Program-made: the position numbers and the translations under genes
Assembly (NCBI GenBank): GCA_010405405.1
Contig: MU004237.1
Coordinates: 658,191-722,190, forward strand
DNA: 64,000 bases
Reading direction: 5' to 3'
Source: Microthyrium microscopicum
Lineage: Eukaryota
Shown: in pieces, positions 1 through 12,228 of the stretch
Layout of the letters: the number at the start of each line of letters is the position of its first letter
Numbering within the stretch: position 1 is the first letter of the stretch
Notes under the pieces: model-generated
What the model saw: only the letters and a program-made list of their open reading frames with translations
The model's database searches: none
What the model was told of the DNA's origin: nothing

Positions 1-135
1 ATTTGCAATGAGGTTCTTGCCTATAAAGTCGCGACACGCCTTCTGCCACCGCTTGTGGCTGTCGCTGTAGTAAGGAGATGGAAGGCCATTCAGCCATGGA
101 GGCTCCGCAAACGGGACGTTCACTGATTTCGCCAT
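1..135 (-). CDS. Acyl-CoA dehydrogenase, N-terminal part (runs off window start)
   Basis: Minus strand from ATG at 135 reads MAKSVNVPFAEPPWLNGLPSPYYSDSHKRWQKACRDFI; PFAEP-W-x-G-x-PSPYY-xx-SH is the typical N-terminus of fungal acyl-CoA dehydrogenases. Not in the ORF track. Confidence 0.75.
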   Translation of the reverse strand, partial: MAKSVNVPFAEPPWLNGLPSPYYSDSHKRWQKACRDFIGKNLIAN

Positions 136-562
136 TGTTATATTAATGGAGGTGATGCTATGGTACAAGTCGTTTATGAGGCAGTGATGAGGTGGGTGGA
201 TATGATGTACAGGTGTTACGTGTATTGAAGTCAGCTTCCTCTTGTCAGCATCTGAGACATGGGGAAGTGGAGATGCTTCGGTCAAAATCCGGGGTATGCC
301 GAGGGTAAAGCTTAAACTCCACTTCGAGACGAATTATTTTGATTCTAGATTATCATTGGCTGGAAATCGTTTATATTCTGGAATATCATTAATAGTATCA
401 AATGATTACGTTCGCCGTTGTACATCGAAATACTCGTATGCTTCGTAGGAGTTCTCAAAAGACCTACAACCTTGGCTTGCACTAGTGCAATCTGAGTTTG
501 GATAAATACTTCCCAGAATGCAATGAGTATTGCATAGAAGGACAATAATCAAGTTGGATTGA

Positions 563-2520
563 TCATTCATCCACCATAGGCTTTGTCCTTCGACCCTTAA
601 TCGCTCGTCCCGTGAAGCTCACCAGTCGTCTAGTCATCGGTTTGGTAATGATCTTCCCGTCTTCAGCAGTACCACTAATCAGGCTGAACATGGCCAAACC
701 AAATGCAGACACAGCAAATATTCCTCCAAACCATCTCCAGTATGCCTTGACACTGAACTCGTAGTCGAAGAATTGACATGAAAAGAACGCAGTCATGAGA
801 CTAACTGGCATAAACAATATCGCGACTTTGGTCAGCAACAAAGTCGTCAAAGTGAGTCGCTCAACGGAAAATGCTTCTTTGATGGCTAGCAAGTTGAAAT
901 TCTGGGCAAATTAGCTAGGGGTTCCACGAAAAAAGATCATGACAAACCATGAAGATCAAGGAGGCTTTCTGGTCAATACACTCGTTGACCTCGCTCAAGG
1001 CATAGAGCTGTATACGATGCTTGAGTCGTTCAAACCGCACCTTCGCTGCAGAACTCAATGATACTCCAAGGGAAGATTGCGACTCCATAAGGTTTCCGTG
1101 AGGTTGTGACGAAGCTAATGACTCTAGACCACTGTGTATGATGTTTGAGTTCTGCAGTGATGCAAGTGAGATCTCCCTTCTGCCCAAAAGGCGGTCGATG
1201 AGAAGGTCGTAGGCTGAATATAAGCGTTTGAGAACGCTCAACTGACATCCTAGATGATGTAGTCGATCGATGTGCCGCAGTTCAGCTTTACACAGCATTC
1301 GTTCTCTCTAAAATATGTCAGAGAGGTAAAAGCGAGTCATGCGTGTTCATACTTACCAGTGCATTGAGTTCTTCCGCATAGCGATTGTCGCGTCGCGCTA
1401 TGAGGCTATAAATTGCGAGCCAATCGTCAAATAAGTAATAAAATAATAGTCCGGGCACGTCGGAGGCTCGATGCTGGGCTTCCTTTTCACTGTCACCAAC
1501 ACGTACGCGCAGTGGCAGTTGAAGAGGAGTGATGTTGGCCATGGGATCTCTTGCTTTCGAGCATTGACGAAATACGTTGATAACGTTTCTTCGAATGATG
1601 CTCAAACTTCTTTGCTCACGATGAGTCAAAGCACCAGATCTAAATGGGTATGGATGTTCGTGTATCATGATCACAGTCTTGTCTTCGCAGAGAACAAGCC
1701 AAGACCAAACCCGTTTGCACTTTGGCAGGTCTTCAGAAAACTCGTCAATCTCATCCTGGCTCGGAGCTGGTTCGGTGATATGGAGGGTATTGTAGCCTAG
1801 GCAAACGTAGCGACGTCCCCAGTCCATAGTTGAGTAGTGCCATAAGTCACTTGCAAGAGCGTATTGATTCAAAACCCGGTTCATGTCGGGCTCGTTGGAG
1901 AGGCCGAAATCCTCCATCCGAATATTGTCCTCAACATCAACAGACGACTCCATGGTAGAACTCTCTGGACTTGTCCTTCTGGATTTTGAGAGAACATTTC
2001 TGATTGATGTTCCGATTGGAGACGATTTGATACTAGTCTTTGAGGACCGAATAGACTTTGCAGGCTTGATGGGATTGGAGCACATGAAGCCTAGTAATCG
2101 CGGCGAGAAGTCGTAGTATTTTGCCAATGACTAGAAATTTATGAGCGCCAATTTTATTCTCCGATCATGGTCTTACCGTGATTAGAGGTTTTTGTTCATG
2201 CGCCAACCAAATATTGCTAAGACTCATTAGTCATTGATATTTACAGTTGGTAGACCTACCAACATCCATCGCGTATTGAGATTCGGGGGTCTTGGGCTTT
2301 GAATGAGCCTAGAAAAGTGGGTCGCTTCTAGATCGAATCCACACCAAGCTTCATCGTCTCCAAAATCGAGAAAGAAATTGCGACTACGAGCGTTAGTCAC
2401 AGCGGCGTTGAAGAACTCTAGATTTGCGGGATCATCAAAGTTCCTAACTGCTTCGTTAATAGTCTCAGACTTCAAGCCCGTGTAGTAAGATGGAAGGTCA
2501 TAATCGGCTTTCTGCTCCAT
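563..2520 (-). CDS. Fungal CorA-like membrane protein (multi-exon, two C-terminal TM helices)
   Basis: ORFs 2227-2520, 1318-2127, 915-1298 and 563-892 are linked by GT-AG introns. Motifs DVPGLLFYYLFDDW and VERLTLTTLLLTKVAILFMPVSLMTAFFS followed by a second hydrophobic helix match the CorA-type C-terminal architecture. Confidence 0.65.
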
Positions 2521-3216
2521 TTTGTTAAAGGTTTACAACAGTTAACGGAAAAAGTCCAAGTTGATAAGCGACGAAAACATACTTAAGACTGATCGTGTTG
2601 CATAGCGGTAGGCTCAAGAAGATATGAGACTTGTCAGGCCGACTGAGCAGGCGATGAAATTGATGTCTCAGTGCAGCCATCACGAGATTGCTAGCAGGGA
2701 GGACAAGTCTAGATCCAAATTCAAGGCAAACTCGAGGCGTTGAGTCACGGCCTCAAGAAAGACATCACAATGGTACTGATCATTTTGGAGTTTCAGAGCC
2801 AAGATAGTTGCAGATTCTCTCTGTTGCGACATGAGTGCTTCTCAAATCATCAGATGATTCAGATCCAGCGGGAAAGCCGTAAGCGTATCTTCGTAGCGCC
2901 TTGTATTGAGTTTTGACGCGATGCAAGGGGGTTGCCGCTTCAATCAAGTTTGGCGGCCCAAGGACATCTAGATTCAAATGAAATGAAAACAGCACAACCT
3001 TTCTTGGTGATGAATGGAGGAAAGAGTTAGGACGAAAATGAAAAGGGAGGCAGACACAGTTGTATGAGCCGCTAGCACCAAAAGCGGATTAGCGCATTTT
3101 GAACAAAGCTTCAATCTTTCTCGTGATGCCAACTTCAATCGCTTCAAAACTCATCAACATCCAGCAGAAGTTGCAGAACTGGCGCACCTGCGTCTTCCTG
3201 CGCGCTAGAAATCATC

Positions 3217-4448
3217 ATGCTACAACCCAGGTTGATTCTGGGTCCCAGCTCTCGCGCTCCACGATGCGTCGCCAACGCAGTGCGCTCCTATGCCTCCGTC
3301 TCTCAAGTCCCCAATTCATCAAGCAAAGACTATAGCCTGGATCTTTCTCAAGTCGTGACCGAAAAGGTCCCCGAAAAGCCCAAGGTTGGACAGCAACAAC
3401 TCATGCGAACCTTTGTCCCACGAACGCCTGGTCTTCGCCATCTCAAGCAGGTAATCAACGATCATCTCTGGAAGCGCGGCCCTTTCACTCCTCTTACATA
3501 TCCAAAGATTGGGCACGCAAAGGGTGGAAGAAACAATACAGGTCATGTCACCGTACGACATCGTGGTGGTGGACATCGCAGGAGGATAAGGACGATAGAT
3601 TGGCATCGACTCGAGTCTGGAGAGCAACTCGTCGAGCGCATCGAATACGACCCAAATCGAAGTGCTCACATTGCATTATTGACTCACAAACAAACCGGCA
3701 GCAAGAGCTATGTTGTCGCGTCGGTCGGATTGAGAGCTGGAGACACGGTGCAGAGCTACCGAGCTGGCATTCCCGCGTCCCTCATCAAAGCTATGGGTGG
3801 ACGAGTGGATCCAGGTCTTTTGATCGCCAAAACAATCGTTCGTGGAAATTGCCTACCAGTGCAACTGATTCCTCAAGGGACCCAAATACATTCCATTGGC
3901 TCCATGTCCGCAAGGGGAGCGGTCTTTTGTCGCAGCGCGGGTACATACGCAACTGTACTGGGTAGAGATGAATCTTCAGCAGAGTTCAAATACATGGTGG
4001 TACGGCTACAAAGCGGAGAAGTCCGAAAGGTGTCGAAGAACGCGTGTGCGACGATCGGTATAGCAAGTAATCCAATGCATCAGTATCGCCAGCTAGGAAA
4101 GGCTGGTCGGTCGCGGTGGTTGAATATTCGACCATCGGTACGTGGTGTGGCCATGAATTCATGTAAGCAGAGCGCTCCTTTACGAAATCAAGGAGACGAG
4201 GAATATTAACGTCACTATAGGCGACCATCCTCACGGTGGTGGAAGAGGTAAATCCAAGGGTAATCGTATCCCTGTCAGCCCATGGGGGCAACCGGTCAGT
4301 TTCTCCTCTGGTATTGTACTTCAATCTTCTGATACTAATGACTTCCTAGGCCAAGAGTGGATATAAGACCAGAAAAAAGACAAACGAAAACAAATGGATT
4401 GTTAGACCAAGAGAACGGAATCATGGTAAACGGCGAAGCAAGACTTAA
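3217..4448 (+). CDS. RML2: Mitochondrial ribosomal protein uL2m
   Basis: Motifs [47 protein letters not shown]. Introns 4163-4220 and 4295-4349; TAA at 4446-4448; Arg/Ser-rich presequence. Confidence 0.95.
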
Positions 4449-4538
4449 GCCATAGCATATTCTGTCTTTGGACCAAATGTACAACAATGTAATAGAACGA
4501 CGCGTCAAGGTCGACTCGTGGCCGAAGGCGCTGACTTA

Positions 4539-4785
4539 CCGTAATTGTACGTCGAATCCCCCCCCCAGGCTAAACCTGAACCAGTGGTGGCGTCGCAAAA
4601 TTTGATGGGCTCCGCCCCAAAAAGTACGCCTCACCCGTACAAATGTGGATCCTGTTCATGGGCAATTTATAAGCCAGATGTCCCTTTTGCCCAAGTTTTT
4701 CCGGTTCCAAAAGTCTGAACAGCCCCATTTGCCCCCTTGCTGAGTCACTAGCCTGGGGGGGGGGGGATTCGACGTACAATTACGG
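4539..4785. mobile_element. MITE (non-autonomous Tc1/mariner-pogo-type element), 247 bp
   Basis: Terminal inverted repeats CCGTAATTGTACGTCGAATC(n)AGGCTA at 4539-4572 and 4749-4785 (homopolymer run 9 vs 12 nt), flanked by TA at 4537-4538 and 4786-4787; no transposase ORF. Confidence 0.85.
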
Positions 4786-5457
4786 TACTGAACCATCATC
4801 AGCTCCTAGCAATCTGCAAGATACGCCTTTAGCTTACTCGGTGCTCCAACGCATTTCAGGATCACGACTCTCGAAAGGGCTCGAAAGGGCGCTCAAGTCT
4901 GCTTTAGTGCGCAAATTTTGTATCCAAATATTTGAAGCTATACTGGAATCTCTCGCACTCTTCATTAAACCAGCCACAGCAAATAACCATTTTAATGTCT
5001 AGTAAATCCTCCAAGCTCAATGCCAACGCTCTGCTCTTCATAATTGAGCTTGCATCCAAAAGTCTGGCAAACTTCTTCAAAGGGTGTAAGTCCTCCATAA
5101 CCAAAAACCAAACTTGCCAACCTCGCTGACCATGTCAAAACAATATTAGTCATTCACCATTTTCCAAAGCCTCATACCCATTGCAATTATCTCCACAATC
5201 CGCCCTGTATGCACAAGACTGTTGATCCTCGGAGTATTTCCACGCTCAAAACCTGCTACCCGTCACAAATCTCCAGGTGAGCCTTTGTTTCTGCGCTGTT
5301 CACATACATGGCTCCGATATGCCCTACCTAGGGTAGATGTGTTGTTGCGTCCAAATGCACTTGATGTGTCCATTCCCAGGCCTGAATGTTTTCGACATAA
5401 TTGCTATAGAGCATGAAAATCCAGCCATAGACGATAGCAATGCGTAAGATAGCGAGA

Positions 5458-7111
5458 CTACCGATGGAACACTCGCCTATAGAGCACCTGAATGCTTAGC
5501 TTATGCTCCTTCTCAGCGAGTGCTTTACGCTTCTTCTGTCGCTGGATCGAAGCAACAACATCAACAATCAGCTCCTTCTGCTTGGTCTCTATCTCAAGGT
5601 ATTCAGCTGGAGTCAACGCAGAATCCGCCAATGCATCTTGTTGTGCCTTGATGGCATTCGCTTTCCAGGCCTGCAGAAGATCGACGGGAAGCTCATCGTA
5701 TTGTGCGCTGGTAAGTTTTGGCTCGGGCTTTGCTGGCTCCTCCTTCGGGAAAACGACTGGCTGAGGCATTGATAGCTGATATTTTGGTTGTTGCTGGCGT
5801 TTCGCCGTTGCGGCATCTCGTGCTTTCTTTGCGGTAGCAGGGAAGAGTTTTGATGCCGCTTTATTCGCGTGGACAGGGCGAGCTGGAGCCGTAGAGCGGT
5901 AGTCTTGCTTTTCTACTGGATCACCAGCTTTCCGATAAACATCTCGGAGTTGTTTACGAATTTTCTCTGCTTGGGCGGCAGCCTGTTGTCGTTTGACTTC
6001 TTCTTGTTGTGTCAACTGCTTTGCTTGACCAGTAGCGCCTTTGACGGCGCTCTGAGGCTGCGCTCGCCCATGGAGTCTAGGATCCTTTGGTCGTTCGGCA
6101 GCTTGGTGAGGCACAGCATCTTGCTGTTGTATCTGTTCTTGACGATCGGGATGGACATATCCTCGCATGTCGTCCGCTCGTACAGCAGCTTGCTGACGAT
6201 TGTCTTGCTCCTGACGTTGTCGTCGATCTTCGACTGAGCGTCGGAGTTCGGCTTCTTCACGTTCATCGGTCTCTCGCTGTCGCTTTCGGCTCATGTCAGA
6301 AGAAGGACGTTTCTGGAAACGCTCATCCAGGCCATATCGACCTGGACCGTAATGGTCTGCGGAATCCCGAAGCATGTCTTCTGCTCGAGCAGATGCATGC
6401 CGATGATAATCTTGAGCCCGATGTTGACGTCGCTCTTCGACCGATTTCCGCGCATCGATGTCCAGATCATACGAGTCCTCTCGCTGTCGCTTGGCTCGAA
6501 CTTCAGGAGGATTACGATTCTCGAACCGCTCCTCTGGACCATAACCAGTTGGAGCACGATAGTCGGGGATATATCGGTCTGTGCTGTGCTGTTGGGGACG
6601 ATATGTATGATTGGCTTTACGCTGTGGAGCAACATTCTCTTTGCTATGCTGGCCATTGAGTTGAGAAGTCGGCTGGTATGGAGCGTTTGGATATTGCGCA
6701 GTGTTCAAATATGAATAGGTGTAGGATTGAAAGCCATTCGACTCGGTCATCGTAGTTTGTACGCTATATTCGCACTGCTTCGAGGAGCGCATTGCGTTCC
6801 CAGTACGTGAGCGTTGCGCATCTCGATATTCTTTGTCGTATTTGGCGCGCTTCGAATCGTCCTTTAGCACATCATAGGCCTCCCGTATCTGCTCAAACAT
6901 GCAAGTTAGTGGTTATTCCATCTATAGTTGTCCCATGAGAGACGAGTTGGCTTACCTTGCGAAACTCGTATGGGTCGCCCGATGGCTTGTCGGGATGGTG
7001 GATTTTGGCAAGTTGACGAAATGCGCGGCGTATATCCTCCTGCGCCGTGGTGGTTTGAACTCCAAGTTCTTGGTAGTAGTCGCGCACTGGAAGCTGGGCG
7101 TCGACAGTCAT
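5458..7111 (-). CDS. J-domain (DnaJ class C) protein, paralogue 1, with long charged low-complexity region
   Basis: Exon 1 (7111-6956) [27 protein letters not shown]; intron 6955-6889; exon 2 starts IREAYDVLKD. HPD motif intact. The 3' end is uncertain (further exons toward ~4900 are possible). Confidence 0.85.
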
Positions 7112-9335
7112 TTTGTTGTAAGTTGTTCGAAGAGAGTAGTTAACTGAAGGAATTGAAGATGTAACTGAATGAGAGCGGTCGCTGTCGCAGGCTAGAGGTT
7201 CAATGGAATACCTATCAGATGGAACAAAAGAAATTTTGGTGATGTGGAGATATCAGACGAGGAGAAGGATGGTTTGAATGTGATAGGATTGATGAGAGTG
7301 ATTTAACTGGGACGGGATAAGCTTTCAAGTATTTCTGCTTGGTGGAATGTCTCGAATGTTGGAAGTTCGTGGTTGTTGTATTCTAGGATGGAGGAGGAAT
7401 TGGTTCTGATCAAGTAAAGTTGGTTGCTGATGGTGCCACCTCCCGAAAAACGAATAGTGAAATTGTAGGCCTCGAAGATCCGAGCTCTATGTCAATGGTC
7501 ACATATAGAGCTTCACCTCGCTATTGAGTGCCGAATTCGCGCCGAAGCTGGACAGACCAATGGAACACATGCTGAGTTGAATATAGCTACCTACAAACTC
7601 ATTGTGGGTCATCTGTCTGGCTTCCATTGAGCAGCGCATAACAATACGACTGCCATCTGATTCAATAGGACCCCTCAGAAAGAACAATGCTTTATTGCCT
7701 TTGTGCGAATTGAACCAGGAATTTCACGCTCAATGGTTGCGCAACGCCTTGTGATGTCTCTTGCGTCTTAGACTCATGAACATGGTTTGTCCGCTATTCA
7801 ATGTGATCGTGTCAATATAGAATCTTAGTTTGTTCAGACCGTGCATTTCACTTATAGAAAGATTCGGAAAGCCTTTGTTCAAATCATTCTTCTTCCACCA
7901 GCTAGGTATATCAGGACACCAGGCGTCCTCAGCCATAGATATGAGTGCCCTAAGCAACGAGTTCAAGGTAGACATTTTTCCGTAGGAAGACTTAAGAACA
8001 ACTAGCATGCCACTTTTTGCAGCGACTGCAAAAAGGAGGATCTGTACCCAGTACACAGCCGTACCCTTAATCTACGAATAAAGCTATCACTTTATCGTTC
8101 TGGTCGGTATCCAAAGCTACTGTAAATGAGAGAGCATAAATGCTGCTATTGTAAAACGAGAACCGAAGATAAATCAAGATAGAAATCCAGGTTCGTTTGC
8201 TTTAATTTTGCATGATCGCAGTTGCCAACAAGACCACGCTATCAGAGCTGCCATTGGTTGGCTGCTTCACTAGCTCCCGCGTTCCCGCTCGGTTGGTTCC
8301 GGCACTCCCGGTTAGCGCTTTTTCCACAACTTCGTCAACATTTGCCGAAATATGAAAACATTTGGGGTAGCAATTGTACGCGTTAAGAATGGGATAAAAT
8401 GTTCATTTGGGCCAGCCAATCTTTGTTCGTTATCACATCTCTAAACCTTAAGGTCCGTGCTGCACGTCAATAAGTGCTTCGAATATAACAAGCTCCTCCT
8501 CTATAATCTCGAATGTTAGGCCATGAGATCAATCAGTTCTTATTACAGCTGCAAACTTGAAAGATATATATAAATGAAGGCAAATCTCAGGTACTAAGCT
8601 CTTCTAAGTTTAAGATCACAGTTTACCTTCAATTCTGCAAGGGTGAGAGTAATGCGTCCCAGGCATCAAGCTAAATATGCACAAGTTCTTTGGCCGAGCA
8701 ATATAGTCAGTCGTCGGTTTTGTCGGCTCTTAGCGTCAAGTTGGAAGCTTTTAATCAAAGAAAACTAATTTGCTACAAGCGCTATGATATGAATACCACC
8801 GGCAAGCTCTCTCGAGAGCTGCATGATGAATTATCAGCTTGGCATCGGCTCCTATTTCTGGTTTTTGTAGATTTGCGAGATGCGCTTATCAAATTCTCCT
8901 GCAATAGGTTCAATGAAAATTGACAAAAAAACCAGTTACAGTCGGATGTAAATTGTATTTGCATGACATTCGATATCAAATATGCCTAATATCCAACTGC
9001 ATATAGCAAATAACGCTAACATAAACATGCGACAAGCTCTTCATAAGTATATTTGCAGGGCAATATCCATCTCTCTATTTGATCAGATGTCCTATCAAGT
9101 CATTAGACGTACAATCTCTGGTAAAGGTCCACTGGTATATATAATTTGACAGGCGGCAACAGCCTTCCCAGTATTCAGCCTGAGGTGGTAAAGCTCAGAC
9201 CTCTCAATATCCTCGAGCCAATGATATATAACGATAAAAACGAATTCAAACTGGCTGATCCTAATAACCCTCCACTATTCCTGTTCAGCTTCCTGGAAAA
9301 TAATCCTGTTCCGAGCAGTGAAGGCCATACTGGCC

Positions 9336-11344
9336 TTAGGAGGATGTCGAAGAGCAAGGGAGATGATGACCATCCACATTAGCTGCTCTATCACCGTAAA
9401 GTGACTGCTCCCGCTGCTTGATGGCAGCGTCAAGAACATTGTGTCGTCTTCGCAATTTCTGTACTAATGGGAGGCGCTCTGCTCTCTCGGCAGTGAAGAA
9501 TCTACGAGCGTCATGAATTGCTCGTATCGCGTCGAAGTGCTGCGTTCGTAGAAGAGCTAATGGCAAGTTGTCAAGCTCGTCTTGTTCAGACTGCAGCTCG
9601 CTTTCGTTTTGTTCCAATTCTGGGGTGGATTCTTGTGGTTCATTCTTCATGGTCGCGGCTTGCGGATTTCCAGCATCATTGGCACCGTGCGCTTGTTGTT
9701 CACTCTGTTCAGAGCCGGCTTCGTGAGGGGCAGTGCTAGGACTATCGCCGCGTTGAGTGTCGGCCTCCGCATCGTAAGTCGCGTCTTTCTGCTTGTCGCT
9801 GTCCAGATTTGTGCTTTGGGAGAAATTTGGGCTCGGGTAACTTTCAACTTTCGCTCGCTTATTTGATCGCTTCATAGGATAACTTTCTGGCTCAGAAGCG
9901 TCCAGTGTTGCCTCGCCAGATAGAGCTCCGGGAATCTTCCGCTTTTGTGGTCGTGGTATATGCCCCTCAGATCCTAGAGCACCCGCAGGTTAGTAAAAGT
10001 CATTGTGCTGGTTGGGGGATAACGTGGATATCTCACTAGTTGATTGACAACCACTGGAGGGCCGTTTCTCTTTCTCGCTCTCGACATTCGACTGATCTAT
10101 GTTTTCGGAGTCGGCGACATGTTCACTCTGACCCCACCGCCGCCAACACTTGACCTTCGCCCTCGCGGTATCTCGTATTGTCCGAGCTTTCTGAAGGCTT
10201 TTCAAGACTCTTATGGCCGCCTTAGATCGTTTTGTGCGCTCATTGCTATGGCGTGGTATGTCTGCAGTTTGTCGCTTCTCTGCTTTTCGTCTCGCCTCGG
10301 CGGCCTGTCGAGCTTCCATTGCTTTTTGAGCTTCTGCAGCTAATCTTGACTTCGCTGCCTGCTCTATTTCTGCTGCTCGCCGAGCTCCCGCCTGCCGCTC
10401 GGCTTATGCTGCTCGTTGAACAGCCACTGAACGTCGGATATCTGCCACTCGTTGAGCTTCCGCAGCCTGTTGTGCTTCAGCCTGCCGTTGAATCTCCGCG
10501 GCGCGCTGCTCCTCAGCTCGGCGTTGAGCTTCAGCTTGTCGCCTAGCTTCAAATTGTTTTATAGCTTCAGCTTGTCGTGCCTGGGACTGTGCTCGGGCCT
10601 GGCGCATAGCTTCAGCTTGTCGTATGGCTTGAGCCTGTCGCATTTCTTCAGTATGTCTTCTAAACTCGGCCTGTTGCCGAGCATCATCAGGGAAGAAAGC
10701 ATTTGCTTGCTGAGTTCCAAAGTAATCATGCCCCGCGCCACCAAAGCCTGTTGAGCCAGACCTTGCCGAAGGCGGCTGTTGATAATAACCGCCGTATCTG
10801 TCTTCAAATCCTGGACCCGGTTCTTGGTCAGGTCCCCGATTTCCCGAGGAGTAGAAATTGGAAGGTCGATCGCGCGGCGGACCGCTGGAAGGTTTGCTTG
10901 ACTGCTCAAATGAAGAATAGAACTGATTGGTAGTAAAGCTGTAATATCGCCTAGGTTCATCGTCAGGGGTGGTCGAGCGGGTTTTTCGTTGACGTTGCGC
11001 TTCTTGTTCTTCTCGGTATGCCTTTTGGCGCATTTGGACAGTCTCATACTGTCGATCGTATCTTGGGCGCTTTAAGTCGTCTGTCAAGACATCATGGGCT
11101 TCGCGAATCTACCGACGTACGTTAGCGCAGTCAAAACGGAACTTTCCCCTTCACCTGGGTAAAGTCTCTTGCTTACTTTGCGGAAGTCATGGGCGTCGCT
11201 GGGTGCTGCAGCACCTTGCTTATCTGGATGGTGTATCTTTGCGAGTCGTCGAAAGGCGCGCTTGATATCCTCGCGCGTGGCGGTCTTTTGCACTCCGAGG
11301 GCTTGATAATAATCATTGAATAATGGTTGAGGAGGGGAAGACAT
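9336..11344 (-). pseudogene. J-domain protein paralogue 2, interrupted by an in-frame TAA at 10404-10406 (pseudogene, truncated allele or sequence error)
   Basis: Exon 1 (11344-11177) [19 protein letters not shown]; intron 11176-11109; exon 2 IREAHDVL. ORFs 10404-11087 and 9990-10319 are in one frame separated by a single TAA. An intron with a TACTAAC branch point near 9975-10040 joins to ORF 9336-9875. Confidence 0.7.
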
Positions 11345-12228
11345 AATGAAGCGTTACTGAGTGACTAGTAAAAGAGTAGTGCTGAGGGATTCTAAATTGG
11401 GCAGACCCGAGTCGCGAGCTGATAGCTGGTCAGTGGTAGCTGAAGATGTGGATGTGATAATGGAGGGTTTGTTTATAAGAGTAGGCGACAATGTGGAAAA
11501 TAGAACAGGATCAAATTAAGGCACTGAATTATGCTTCGCGTATTGGGGTATGGCGGTTGAGGGGTTCTGTGGACTTGGAGGGAAAGTAATCCGGTAACAA
11601 TGGTAAAAGCTGGTTGTTCAGATGAGGATTTTCTACAGGTGGACAGTTTTGGGGCCTTGATGGCCAAAGCTCTATCTTGCACTCACTTATGAAACCGTCA
11701 CCTCAAAACTGCCGCCATGTTGTCTTGATGGCTGTTACATGGGGAATCGTCGGTGTTGATTTCGGTCTATGCTGGTTTTTCAGGTGCTTCAACTCACCTC
11801 GATGCTCATTGCACTCCTGATTCTGCACCTCCCAACCATCGATGGTGGTAATCAAGACCCGCATTTCTGCGATTATCGCAGTCTGCTAGGCTTGTGTCTT
11901 GATTATAGAGACCCAAGACAGGTCCATTACCAGAATGTTGATTTCATGGTGTACAGAGTTGAGATAGAAAAACTGCAATGTGCAAACCTAGCTGCAGATC
12001 ACGCTACACTTGATCGTTCCCGCGCCAATGTGGAAACTTACAGCTACTTTTGAATACTGGTCGATCAACATTGTTTGTAGTATGTACTAGCAAGTAAATC
12101 AGATTATCATTGAATTTAAAGATGGAGTCACAGGCTGATTTTTGATTGGCTCAATGCACGGGTAGTCCCGCTCGGCCCGTTCCGACCACACCAACTAGCA
12201 TGGTCGATATCCAACCGTAATTCAGAAA

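Noticed and set aside
4904..5450. Separate gene downstream of J paralogue 1
   Set aside because: Splice-like signals and a 66-aa ORF exist, but I could not assemble a consistent frame; these may be extra 3' exons of paralogue 1.
10404..10409. Programmed stop-codon readthrough in J paralogue 2
   Set aside because: TAA GCC is not a known leaky context; a nonsense mutation or sequencing error is simpler.
11769..12053. 94-aa ORF with hydrophobic N-terminus as a small secreted protein
   Set aside because: No recognisable motif or supporting gene structure; cannot be distinguished from a chance ORF.
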